From contig NC_068982.1 in NCBI RefSeq assembly GCF_001194135.2, forward strand, positions 97,181,524-97,245,523: 64,000 nt of DNA. Direction: 5' to 3'. Each line of letters begins with the position of its first letter. Positions within the stretch are counted from its first letter, which is position 1. The notes under the pieces were generated by a model. The model saw only the letters and a list, made by a program, of their open reading frames with translations, had not been told where the DNA came from and did not search any database. This document shows, in pieces, positions 54,527-64,000 of this stretch. The DNA is from Octopus bimaculoides (lineage: Eukaryota). The translations under genes were made by a program, and so were the position numbers.

Positions 54527-57435
54527 TAGTTTTACTTTTATAACATGCTTTCACTTCACTACCGAGCGCAGCTCTGTGTGCCTTGGGTATGTGCTGTGAT
54601 TTGCTGTGATGCTCTTATGGTTACTGTATTGAAAGTGTTTTGCGTAGGATGTGTGCAGTGCCCAGTAGTGCAATTTTCTGTATGTTATATATATTTGTAA
54701 GTCCTGGTGTTTTTGTTATGTATTTGTCTGAATATTTTTTTATTATACCTAAAGCACCTACTATGATAGGAATTGTTTCTGTTTTTAGATTCCACATTCG
54801 AGTTACCTCTATTTCCAGGTCTTTGTATTTTGAAAGTTTCTCCATTTCTTTTTGGGAAACGTTGTCATCTGCTGTCATATTATTATTATTATTATTATTA
54901 TTATAAAGGCAGCAAGCTGGGCAAAATGCTTAGCAGCATTTTGTCTGTCTTTACATTCTGAGTTCAAATTCCACCAAGGTTGACTTTGCCTTTCAACCTT
55001 TTGGAGTTGATCAAATAAGTACCAACTGAGCACTGGGGTCCATGTGATCAATTTACTCACTCCCCCCAAATTTTTGGTCTTGTGCTAAATTTGAAGCCAT
55101 TTTTATAATCAGTGCGCTGGTGGAATTGTAAGTACATCAGACAATAGCAGCATCTTCTAGCACCTTATTCTTTTATTCTTTTACACATTTCAGTCATTTG
55201 ACTGTGGCCCTGCTGGAGCACTGTTTTAAAGGTTTTTAATCAAAGAAATTGACTCCAGGACTTATTCTTTGTAAGTGTAGTATTTATTCTAATGGTCTCT
55301 TTTGTTGAACTGCTAAGATATGGGAACATAAACACACAAACCTCAGTTGCCAAGTGGTGATAGGGGTGGGGACAAACACAGACACACATACATAAATACA
55401 CACACACACATGTATACACACAAGCTTCTTTCAGTTTCCCTCTACCCAATGAATTCCCATGTATGCCTGGGAAAGGTGGACATTAAAACAATGATGATAA
55501 ACATGCGTTACTTAAGGTTTAATTATATGAAACACTTACCTGGTATTATTTCCTCTGTTACAGCTGCTCCACCAATTACATGACGTTTCTCCAAGACACA
55601 AACCTTCAAGCCAGCTTTCTGTAGGTAGGCAGCCTGTGAAAGGAATAATTGTTAATAATATATGTTGACTGCTCAAATGTGTGGATCATTTGAAGACTTA
55701 ATTGTTTACATTAATAAATTGAAAGATTTACTTCTTAAATGCACCATCACTGCCACAAGTATCACAAGTGAACCAAAGAGGAATGAAGGCCTCTACAAAA
55801 TTCCTTACCCTACTAGAAATAGCAGCCAAATCTTCCCACTGTCTTAAAATGGAAGTATGTTAACTGTAGTTGAAACAGTTTTGGAATTAAGCTTTTCTAG
55901 ATCATGGCTGACCCAAGACTAAATAACAAAAAAAAAAAAAAAATCATTATCTCAATAACCTCCCAGAAATAATGGAATGAGCCATTGAACAAAGATCAAT
56001 GTAGAGCTACTTGAATCAGATTAATGAAACAATCAAGTCTTTCCCATCAGACTGTTGGATTCAAAATGTGTGTGAGAGAGTAGATTGTATTGAGGTGGAC
56101 CATATGTTTAAGCATTGCAGGTGTCATTGCATTTGATCACATCTTTGCTTTCTTCCCTCTTCTTGGTATCAAAATCATTCTTTTTTCTGCCCCTGCTCTC
56201 ACATCCATGAGAGAAAAAGGAGAAGAGAGACTAGAGGAAGAAAAAAGACAGGGTGAATGAGAGATCTAATCTAAATTAAACAGGAGAGAATTAAAACATT
56301 GTAAAGCAAAAGAATTGAACTTCAACTTACAGTAATCAATCCATTGTGTCCTGAAACACAGAAAGAGAGAGAAAGATGAATCAAAGAATATCAAAGAGAA
56401 TGAAAGTCATAGAATAATTAACAGGAGTGGCTGTGTGGTAAGTAGCTTGCTTACCAACCACATGATCCCGGGTTCAGTCCCACTGCATGACACCTTGGGC
56501 AAGTGTCTTCTACTATAGCCTCGGGCCGACTGAAGCCTTGTGAGTGGATTTGGTAGAAGGAAATGTATTTATATATATATATATATATATAGGAGAATAT
56601 ACAAATAATAACAACAGACGAGGACAGGTGGTGTAAATAACAAAAGTATATATTAGTATGACGCTCGGGAATATGGAAAGTCTTTGACGTTTCGAGCTAC
56701 GCTCTTCAACAGAAAGAATACGGAGACAAGGAGAAAAACACGGAGAAAAAAAAATTGATTGATGTAATCAATTACTCCAACNNNNNNNNNNNNNNNCCAT
56801 TGAATGCAAGGATATTTCTGAATTATGTTTCATAATACATATATATATATATATATCTATATATCTATATATATATATATACATATATATATGTATGTGT
56901 AAGTATGTTTGTCCCCCCAACATCGCTTGACAACTGATGCTGGTGTGTTTACTTCCCCGTAACTTAGCGGTTCGGCAAAAGAGACCGATAGAATAAGTAC
57001 TAGGCTTCCAAAGAATAAGTCCTGGGGTTGATTAGCTCGACTAAAAAAGGCGGTGCTCCAGCATGGCCACAGTCAAATGACTGAAACAAGTAAAAGAGTA
57101 AAAAGAGTAAAGAGTATAACTGAATCACAGAATAAGTAACTAAAATGAAGAGGGGTTTAAAATAATCTATTGTGAAACATAATTCAGAAATATCCTTGCA
57201 TTCAATGGAGCAACAACAATAATAATAATAATTTCTTTCTAACTTTGGCACAAGGCCAGTAATTTTGAGGGGTTGGAGTAATTGATTACATTAACCCTAG
57301 TGCTCAACTAGTACTTAATTTATTGAACCTGAAAGCATGAAAAGCAAAGTCGACCTTGGTGGGATTTGAACTCAGAACATGAAGATGGGCAAAATGCTGC
57401 TAAGTGTGGTAACAGTTTAGCCAGTTCATCACCTT

Positions 57436-57469
<34 letters not shown>

Positions 57470-58227
57470 GTTTAACATCCGCTTTCCATGCTAGCATGGG
57501 TTGGACGATTTGACTGAGGACTGGTGAACCAGATGGCAACACCAGGCTCCAATCTAAATTTGGCAGAGTTTCTACAGCTGGATGCCCTTCCTAACGCCAA
57601 CCACTCAGAGAGTGTAGTGGGCGCTTTTACGTGCCACCAGCATGAAGGCCAGTCAGGCAGGTACTGGTGACGGCAACGCTCAAAATGGTGTATTTTACGT
57701 GCCACCTGCATAGGAGCCAGTCCAGCGGCACTGGCAATGATCTCGCTCGGATGTTTTTACACGTGCCACCGGCACAAGTGCCAGGAAGGCGATGCTGGGC
57801 ACAGGTGCCATCACGATTTTGCTTTCTTAATAGTAATAGTAATAACTTTCTCATATAGGCACAAGGCCTGAAATTCTGGAGGAAGGGGATAGTCGATTAT
57901 ATTGACCTGAGTACTCAGCTGATAGTTATTTCATCAACCCGGAATGAATGAAAGGCAAAGTCAATCTCAGTGGAATTTCAACTCAGAACATAAAGACAAA
58001 TAAAATGCCCTTAAGCATTTTCCTAATACACTAATGGTTCTATGGTTCTAAAAATAATAATAATAATAATTGTTTCAAATTTTGGCACACAGCTAGCAGT
58101 TTTTGAGGGGAGGAGGAAATTGATTACATCGACTGCAGTACTAGACTGGTACTTATTTTATCAACCCCAAAAAGAAGAATGGCGAAGTTGATCTTGGTGG
58201 AATTTACACTCAGAAAGTAAAAACGGA

Positions 58228-58259
<32 letters not shown>

Positions 58260-61200
58260 CCTTTTTTACTATAGGTACAAGGCCTGAGATCTGATAGTAG
58301 GAGACTAGTCAATTTTATCGACCAGTAGTGTTTCACTGGTACTTAATTTATTGAAAGATGGAAGGCAAAGCTGACCTTGGCGGAATTTGAATCACCGTGG
58401 CAGAAAAAATACTGCTAAGCACTTTGACCAGCATGCTAACGATTTTGTCAGCTTGTCACCTTAATAATAATAATAATAATAATAATGGTTTCTAATTTGG
58501 GCACAAGGCCAGCAATTTCGGGGGGATGGGGTAAGTCGATTACATCCACTCCAGTTTTCAACTTGTATTTATTTTATCGACCCCAAAAGGATAAAAGGCA
58601 AAGTCAACCTTAGTGGAATGTGAACTCAGAATGTAAAGATGGACGAAATACAGTAATGTCTCCATATATATGAGTTAACTTGTTCTTGGAGACTGCTCGT
58701 AAAGCAAAAAAACTCAAAGTAAAGCAATAATTCCCATAGCAGCAATGTTATAAATCTTTATTCATTCCCAGAAAAAATATATTACCTATAAAATTTATAG
58801 CACTCATAAATAAATGGCAATAAAGTGACAGTATAACGTAAAGAATATTTTATGTAAAGTAAAAAGAATGTCAAGATTATTTATAATAAAAAATATTATT
58901 ATCATTTTCTAAATCACTTTCACTCGCACTAGACTCGCGCATACCATCATTTGTACATGTGATCACCGCTTCACAAGCACTTGTAGGATCTTGCAGGTAT
59001 GAAGTGTATTCGATCTACCATAACCAAATTTAAATTAATAGTTCAACAGAACGTTTCTCATGGTGGAACAATGGTTTTTTTTCTGACAGCAGTTTTACAT
59101 TTTGCCAGATTGCCTTAGCTAGGGCGAAAAAATGTCTTCACCACTTGACCTCTATAACCGCTTCTACTTCATCAAAAGCTAGAATAGAGATATCACAGTA
59201 CCACCAATGAAGTCCATTGTTTTCAACGATATGTCTATCCTTCTGGACAGTTATAAAAGCAAGAATCCCCAAGCAAAAACCAAGTAGTCACTTGGTGACA
59301 ACGGAGTGAGGCGGCTCATGACGACTCAATTAGTTAGGGAACAGACTGTTAGAATCATGATTACAAGGAAGGCAGCTACTAAAGACAAAGGGATGGTGTG
59401 CTGAAAGTGTAGCTGCTAAAATAAGAATAGCCTGGGCAAAGTTCAGAGAGCTCTTACCTCTGCTGGTGACAAAGGGCCTCTTGCTCAGAGTAAAAGGCAG
59501 ACTGTATGACGCATGTGTACGAACAGTAATGCTACATGGCAGTGAAACATGGGCCGTGACTACAGAGGACATGTGTAAGCTCGCAAGGAATGAAGCCAGT
59601 ATGCTCCACTGGATGTGTAATGTCGGTGTGCATACTCGACAGAGTGTAAGTACCTTGAGAGAAAAGTTGGATCTAAGAAGCATCAGTTGTGGTGTGCAAG
59701 AGAGACAATTGCACTGGTATAGTCACGTGGTGAGAATGGATGAAGATAGCTGTGTGAAAAAGTGCCACACCCTAGCAGTTGAGGGAACCTGTGGAAGTGG
59801 TAGACCCAGGAAGACCTGGGATGAGGTGGTGAAGCATGACCTTCGAACATTAGGCTTCACGAAGGCAATGACTAGTGACCGAGACCTTTGTAATTATGCT
59901 GTGCATGAGAAAACCCGGTAAGATAAGTGTGACCATAACCCGTGGTCTTTACCAGGCGTGTAGCCAGCCCACTTATGCGTACCTTTCCTTCTTTGGACAC
60001 AAAACTCTGCCTGCGAAGACCTGTTGAGGCAAGTGAAATCGAATCGAAATCGAAATTGAACCAAATTTGACGACTGGCGCCCATGCCAACCTTCGTTCAC
60101 TGGACACTAAACTCTGCTTGCGAAGACCTGTTGGGGCAAGTGAAATCGAAATTGAACCAAATTCGACGACTGGCACCCATGCCAGTGGAACGCTAACAGC
60201 ACCATCCGAGTGGGATCACTGCCAGAGCAGCCGTCTGGCTTCCGTGCCGGTGGCATGTATAAAGCACCATTTGAGCGTGATCGTTACCAGCGTTGCCTTA
60301 CTGGCACTTGTGCTGGTGGCACATGAACAAAACATTCGAGTGAGGTCGTTGCCAGTGCCGCTGGACTGACTCCTGTGCAGGTGGCATGTAAAAAGCACCA
60401 TTTGAGCATAGTACCATCAGACTGGCCCTTTTGCCGGTGGTATGTAAAAGCACCCACTACACTTTTGGAGTGGTTGGCGTTAGGAAGGGCATCCAGCAGT
60501 AGAAACTCTGCCAGATCAGATTTGAGCCTGGTGCAGCCATCTTGTCCGCCAGTCCTCAGTAAAATCGTCCAACCCATGCTAGCATGGAAAGCGGACGTTA
60601 AACGATGATGATGATGATGATGATGATATATATATACCCTCAGGCCTTCAAGCAGGCTATCCACATGCTAGAAATAACAGTCAAATCTCACAAAACTGTG
60701 ATAACAATGTAACCAATCTACTCACCTTTCTGCAAAGATTTCTTCCAGAGTAATTTCCCGCAATAATATGACAAAGTAATTCATGTGAAATTAAAGTGGG
60801 TTTTTTTTAGAAAACTTTTTTAAAAAATTCTTTTTCAANNNNNNNNNNNNNNNNNNNNNNNNNNNNNNNNNNNNNNNNNNNNNNNNNNNNNNNNNNNNNN
60901 NNNNNNNNNNNNNNNNNNNNNNNNNNNNNNNNNNNNNNNNNNNNNNNNNNNNNNNNNNNNNNNNNNNNNNNNNNNNNNNNNNNNNNNNNNNNNNNNNNNN
61001 NNNNNNNNNNNNNNNNNNNNNNNNNNNNNNNNNNNNNNNNNNNNNNNNNNNNNNNNNNNNNNNNNNNNNNNNNNNNNNNNNNNNNNNNNNNNNNNNNNNN
61101 NNNNNNNNNNNNNNNNNNNNNNNNNNNNNNNNNNNNNNNNNNNNNNNNNNNNNNNNNNNNNNNNNNNNNNNNNNNNNNNNNNNNNNNNNNNNNNNNNNNN

Positions 61201-63275
61201 NNNNNNNNNNNNNNNNNNNNNNNNNNNNNNNNNNNNNNNNNNNNNNNNNNNNNNNNNNNNNNNNNNNNNNNNNNNNNNNNNNNNNNNNNNNNNNNNNNNN
61301 NNNNNNNNNNNNNNNNNNNNNNNNNNNNNNNNNNNNNNNNNNNNNNNNNNNNNNNNNNNNNNNNNNNNNNNNNNNNNNNNNNNNNNNNNNNNNNNNNNNN
61401 NNNNNNNNNNNNNNNNNNNNNNNNNNNNNNNNNNNNNNNNNNNNNNNNNNNNNNNNNNNNNNNNNNNNNNNNNNNNNNNNNNNNNNNNNNNNNNNNNNNN
61501 NNNNNNNNNNNNNNNNNNNNNNNNNNNNNNNNNNNNNNNNNNNNNNNNNNNNNNNNNNNNNNNNNNNNNNNNNNNNNNNNNNNNNNNNNNNNNNNNNNNN
61601 NNNNNNNNNNNNNNNNNNNNNNNNNNNCCGCTAAGTTACAGGGACCTAAACACACCAGCATCGGTTGTCAAGCGATGTTGGGGGGAGGGGACAAACACAC
61701 ACACACACATATACATGACGGGCTTCTTTCAGTTTCCATCTACCAAATCCACTCACAAGGCTTTGGTCGGCCCGAGGCTATAGTAGAAGACACCTGCCCA
61801 AGGTGCCAGGCAGTGGGACTGAACCCGGCACCATGTGGTTGGTAAGCAGGCTACTTACCTGCGCATATATATATTTTTTTGAAAAATTGAAATTTTACAA
61901 ATTTTTTTCAGAATCGTAATCTTCGTATTTTTCTACGCATTTCGTAATAAAAAAACCCAAAAAACTTCGGGATAAGTGGAAAATGAGGAGGGGAGGGGGT
62001 TGGGGTTACATTTTGAAAATTGCGATTTTTTGAAATTCTTTTTTTTTCAGAATCGGATTCTCCATAACCAAAAACGTGGGATTCCGTAAAAAAAATCAAT
62101 AGTTTGTTCCCAGGTGCGAATCTTTATATTAGCCTAAATATTTTCTTAAAACTTCATGCGTTGTCCAACTTTCACATCCTACAATATGCCGTTATAACAA
62201 CAAATTATTATCGTTTGTGTACCTAATCAATCTTACTAGTTAGAATTGGTAACTACACTAATTAAAACCTAAACGTTACACACTTGTAGACAGACGTGTA
62301 TATTTCTTAAAAAAAAACACACTCTCTATAAATTTCTTAGTAACATGCAGAAGCATTTGTCATGGTAGTAGAATCTTCTGTACTTTGTTCAAAAAATAGA
62401 TCGTGTTGCTTGAAAAATAAAACTCGTAAATGCAGGATCTCGTAAAGCGTGTCCTTGTAAAGTGAAGCATTACTGTACTGCTAAGTATTTGCCCGGCGTG
62501 CTAACGATTCTGCCTGCTCGCTCCTTAATAATAATAATAATAATAATAGTAATCCTTTTTACTAAAAGCACGAGGCCTGACATTTTTGCGGGAGGTAAGT
62601 AGTCGATTACATCAACTCCAGCGTTTCACTGGTACTTATCGACCCCGAAAGGATGAAAGGTTAAGTCGAACATGCAGATGGACAAAATGTTGTTAAGCAT
62701 TTTGCTCAATGTGCTACCGAATCTGCCAGCTCGCCGCCTTATAATTATAATAAGAGGAAGGCCTTAATCGATTCCATTGACTCTAGTACTGCACTAGTAC
62801 TTTATTTTATCGACCCCAAAAGGCTGAAAAGCAGAGTTGGCATCGGGGAGATTAACTTTGCTTTTCACCCTTTCGAGATCGATGAAATAAAGTACCAGCG
62901 AAGCATTGGAGTCGATAGAATCAACGAAGACCCTTCCTTCTGACGAGGCATAATGTAATATTGATGCATTTCTCTTACTAATGGAATACAAGTGAAGGGC
63001 TTTAACCTGTAAGCGAATTAGCAAAATATCTTCTTTAAAATAATGTTGACATTTAAAAAACGAAGAAACATAAAGCACACATAAAATAATTAAAAGAATT
63101 TAAATCAGAAAAGACGAAGAAAACCTGCTCCAATAATAACAGCATCATATTTGAGTTGAAGTGTTTTGGGTTTACAGTAATATCTTGTAGGGTTTTTGAA
63201 GAATTTGTGCTGAGCGAAAACTTGGTAATTAATTCTGGTCCAAGAAAAAGACAAAAACCTGGGGTTAAACACCAT
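27668..63275 (-). CDS. PYROXD2: Complete 16-exon gene for pyridine nucleotide-disulfide oxidoreductase domain-containing protein 2 (FAD-dependent oxidoreductase), 589 aa
   Basis: Hand-spliced exons total 1770 nt with no internal stop, and all junctions are GT-AG and phase-compatible. Motifs [52 protein letters not shown] and [19 protein letters not shown] match human PYROXD2 as I recall it. Confidence 0.96.
29147..29267 (-). CDS. PYROXD2: Exon 15 ([17 protein letters not shown]...[11 protein letters not shown])
   Basis: tttcag acceptor, G|gtatgc donor, 121 nt. Confidence 0.96.
31400..31966 (+). mobile_element. R4/Dong-like retrotransposon RLE-domain fragment after (AAT)n
   Basis: [47 protein letters not shown]. 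Confidence 0.8.
32283..32389 (-). CDS. PYROXD2: Exon 14 ([36 protein letters not shown])
   Basis: ttccag acceptor, GGG|gtgagt donor, 107 nt. Confidence 0.95.
32465..33033 (+). repeat. RTE 3' UTR-derived repeat; other copies at about 29355-29560(-), 35785-35935(-), 42605-42930(-), 46245-46480(+), 57440-57820(-)
   Basis: GGCGTTRGGAAGGGCATCCAGCTGTAGAAACTCTGCC core and (GAT)n tail shared with 60460-60627. Confidence 0.85.
33526..33930 (+). mobile_element. tRNA-derived SINE with CORE-like domain (full-length copy); others at about 1-160, 10664-10980, 35111-35400, 37700-38060, 48495-48855, 55170-55445(-), 56423-57112 (split), 61629-61860(-)
   Basis: A/B-box-like head, ACCTTGGGCAAGTGTCTT (MIR-CORE-like), internal (TA/TG)n, AGTAAAAG tail repeats. 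Confidence 0.8.
35555..35709 (-). CDS. PYROXD2: Exon 13 ([34 protein letters not shown]...NYADI)
   Basis: gaaag acceptor, G|gtaaac donor, 155 nt. Confidence 0.94.
38110..38266 (-). CDS. PYROXD2: Exon 12 ([14 protein letters not shown]...[12 protein letters not shown]...GYPSHK)
   Basis: ttttag acceptor, AA|gtaata donor, 157 nt. Confidence 0.95.
38353..38671. repeat. 319-bp near-perfect palindrome (159-bp arms, 1-nt centre, 4 mismatches) in PYROXD2 intron 11
   Basis: Hand alignment of 38353-38511 to the reverse complement of 38513-38671. Confidence 0.95.
39606..39678 (-). CDS. PYROXD2: Exon 11 ([24 protein letters not shown])
   Basis: tttcag acceptor, G|gtaag donor, 73 nt. Confidence 0.93.
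41247..41378 (-). CDS. PYROXD2: Exon 10 ([44 protein letters not shown])
   Basis: ttccag acceptor, AAA|gttagt donor, 132 nt. Confidence 0.94.
41948..42163. mobile_element. Mariner/Tc1-type MITE in PYROXD2 intron 9
   Basis: Imperfect TIRs GGGGCTCCTGAAAAGTTCCTGGCTTT / AAAGCCAGGAACTTTACAGCACCCC; TA on the left. Confidence 0.65.
43965..44106 (-). CDS. PYROXD2: Exon 9 ([47 protein letters not shown])
   Basis: ttatag acceptor, AAG|gtattg donor, 142 nt. Confidence 0.95.
44281..44684. repeat. Inverted repeat (173-bp arms, 58-bp spacer, 8 mismatches) in PYROXD2 intron 8
   Basis: Hand alignment of 44281-44453 to the reverse complement of 44512-44684. Confidence 0.95.
45465..45772 (-). mobile_element. 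SINE with the same 3' half as 47261-47644 but a different head (GTGTCCTTGAGCAAGACAC)
   Basis: Shared CCACAGACACGTGTACCCTTAAC...GACACAG.GTGTGACAA segment. Confidence 0.65.
46002..46099 (-). CDS. PYROXD2: Exon 8 ([33 protein letters not shown])
   Basis: tttcag acceptor, GG|gtaagt donor, 98 nt. Confidence 0.95.
47261..47644 (-). mobile_element. Young tRNA-derived SINE with a perfect 13-bp TSD
   Basis: GGTAACCATATAT at 47248-47260 and 47645-47657; head GTGGAGGCACAATGGCCCAGTGGTTAGGGCAGCGGACTCGC. Confidence 0.85.
48355..48416 (-). CDS. PYROXD2: Exon 7 ([21 protein letters not shown])
   Basis: ttttag acceptor, AAG|gttagt donor, 62 nt. Confidence 0.9.
49857..49902 (-). ncRNA. Degenerate hammerhead motif (intron 6, sense); sibling at 54371-54412
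   Basis: GACAC-CTGATGA-A-GGCTG/CAGCC-aAAACaTT-GTGTC; G12 reads A in both copies. Confidence 0.55.
50158..50311 (-). CDS. PYROXD2: Exon 6 ([23 protein letters not shown]...SFGKS)
   Basis: tttcag acceptor, A|gtaagt donor, 154 nt. Confidence 0.93.
50576..50731 (-). CDS. PYROXD2: Exon 5 ([18 protein letters not shown]...[11 protein letters not shown])
   Basis: ttccag acceptor, GAG|gtaaag donor, 156 nt; lies inside ORF-track 50528-50836. Confidence 0.95.
51530..52683 (+). mobile_element. RTE LINE RT fragment joined by internal deletion to its 3' UTR and (GAT)n tail
   Basis: [43 protein letters not shown], then a jump into 3' UTR sequence. Confidence 0.9.
53785..53858 (-). CDS. PYROXD2: Exon 4 ([25 protein letters not shown])
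   Basis: ttctag acceptor, AAG|gtatat donor, 74 nt. Confidence 0.95.
54524..54878 (-). mobile_element. R4/Dong-like retrotransposon 3' fragment with (ATT)n on both sides
   Basis: [16 protein letters not shown]...PIIVGALG...[15 protein letters not shown]; (ATT)n at 54471-54523 and 54879-54904. Confidence 0.87.
55540..55633 (-). CDS. PYROXD2: Exon 3 ([31 protein letters not shown])
   Basis: cacag acceptor, G|gtaagt donor, 94 nt. Confidence 0.95.
56331..56350 (-). CDS. PYROXD2: Exon 2, 20-nt microexon (GHNGLIT)
   Basis: tttcag|GACACAATGGATTGATTACT|gtaagt completes the GxGxxG motif. Confidence 0.92.
56681..56717 (-). ncRNA. Minimal hammerhead-like motif with CUGUUGA core (PYROXD2 intron 1, sense); decayed sibling at 28411-28446(+)
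   Basis: TCTTT-CTGTTGA-A-GAGC gta GCTC-GAA-ACGT-C-AAAGA. Confidence 0.6.
57235..58650 (-). repeat. Cluster of about five Nin-like SINEs and an RTE-tail repeat in PYROXD2 intron 1; further copies at about 8283-8470, 19276-19410, 30940-31150, 31970-32182, 40125-40330, 54905-55100, 62480-62960
   Basis: Same core motif, separated by (AAT)n. Confidence 0.8.
59330..60627 (+). mobile_element. 5'-truncated RTE LINE: ORF C-terminus, long 3' UTR with internal tandem duplication, (GAT)n tail
   Basis: [46 protein letters not shown]; duplicated unit of about 107 bp at 59990-60185. Confidence 0.9.
63125..63275 (-). CDS. PYROXD2: Exon 1: [51 protein letters not shown] (presequence-like N-terminus plus start of the FAD-binding motif)
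   Basis: ATG in GCAATGG context, the only in-frame ATG after an upstream in-frame TGA. Phase-1 donor G|GTTTCT. Confidence 0.88.
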
Positions 63276-64000
63276 TGCTTCAACACTTTTTGCTGATAAG
63301 AAGTCGTTAGACAGTAATCGTCGTTGTGCTAACAGATAAAAGACCAGCCAGGTAATAAATTTATGTCAAAGGCCTAATTCTTATCTGAATAATTAGAGAA
63401 ATCACGAGTTATTCGAAACGATGTTCAGCTTTTTTGTAAGATCATTTTTAGTTTTAATTTAATTACATACATGTATTCAAGTGATGTTTAACCTGTATCA
63501 AATTTCAGTTGCTGCTGCTGCTGTGTAACCTACTTGTACCGATATCAGTATTGTTTTCTAATATTTAACAAGCTGCTGTAGATTGGTAGAATCGGTAAAG
63601 TGGCATAGTTCTCTTTACGTACAGATTTATAATCCCACAAACATAAATTTTGCATTCCATCCTTTTAAGGGTATCAGTCAAATACTGAGATCAATATGAT
63701 TGACTATTCACCCTATCAATTTGTATCAGTGTACCAGTGTTCGAAATCAATGTTTATTAACAGCGTGAAAAGAGGCGGTCTTTTAAGTTAAAGTGAGGGT
63801 GATTAGCTTTTGTCTGATACAGGACATAATAACTTAGTGACCCAACCTGATAACAGTTGGTGTTGTGTTTAGCAGCAGGGGAGCCATGATTTTCCAGTGA
63901 CACGGCCTGTGTTTCTGTTGGTTTCGTTAAACAACATGCTTTCGACAGTAGCAAACGCACATGTATAAAATCGACCCCCTACCTTTCTCCTGCAGTCCGC

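Larger units (their letters stand above)
676..61628. other. Assembly gaps at 676-1012, 2147-2471, 5573-5862, 19578-20028, 21173-21551, 42281-42554, 56782-56796, 60839-61628
   Basis: N runs. All X-rich ORFs in the track are artefacts of these gaps. Confidence 0.99.

Noticed and set aside
13060-58650. Recurrent SINE motifs that could look like a CRISPR-like repeat-spacer array
   Set aside because: Copies are about 200 bp, diverged, irregularly spaced and in both orientations, with Pol III boxes. There are no cas genes.
641-61661. Long X-rich ORFs and poly-I/Y/V/T/H ORFs in the track
   Set aside because: They are produced by N-gaps and microsatellites.
62939-62975. CTGACGAGGC, resembling a hammerhead core
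   Set aside because: No downstream GAAA or stem III; it lies at the end of a decayed SINE.
63757-63960. 67-aa ORF upstream of PYROXD2
   Set aside because: Near-cognate start, no homology recognised, and no splice support; probably UTR or promoter sequence.

Overview
This is an AT-rich, repeat-dense eukaryotic scaffold with 8 N-gaps. The SINE/LINE repertoire points to an octopus (coleoid cephalopod); that is an inference from recalled repeat families, not a database search. One complete host gene can be rebuilt by hand: a 16-exon PYROXD2 orthologue on the minus strand (CDS 63275 to 27668, 1770 nt, 589 aa), with GT-AG introns and compatible phases at all 15 junctions. The rest is mostly mobile DNA: RTE, Penelope-like (GIY-YIG), R4/Dong-like, Tx1-like L1 and CR1/L2 retrotransposons, Merlin, hAT and mariner DNA elements, a probable solo LTR, and at least four SINE-like families. 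The most interesting signals are: (1) eight minimal hammerhead-ribozyme motifs with palindromic stem III, one with a fully canonical core, and three on the PYROXD2 sense strand that all carry core changes; (2) two long near-perfect fold-backs just upstream of PYROXD2 exon acceptors, which are candidate ADAR substrates; (3) a Tx1-linked group of ORF1-only (HAL1-like) elements with 18-bp TSDs and a SINE subfamily sharing one 3' tail; (4) Dong-like elements landing in (TAA)n runs next to SINEs; (5) an RTE ending in three C2H2-like fingers. No CRISPR, rRNA or true tRNA genes were seen.
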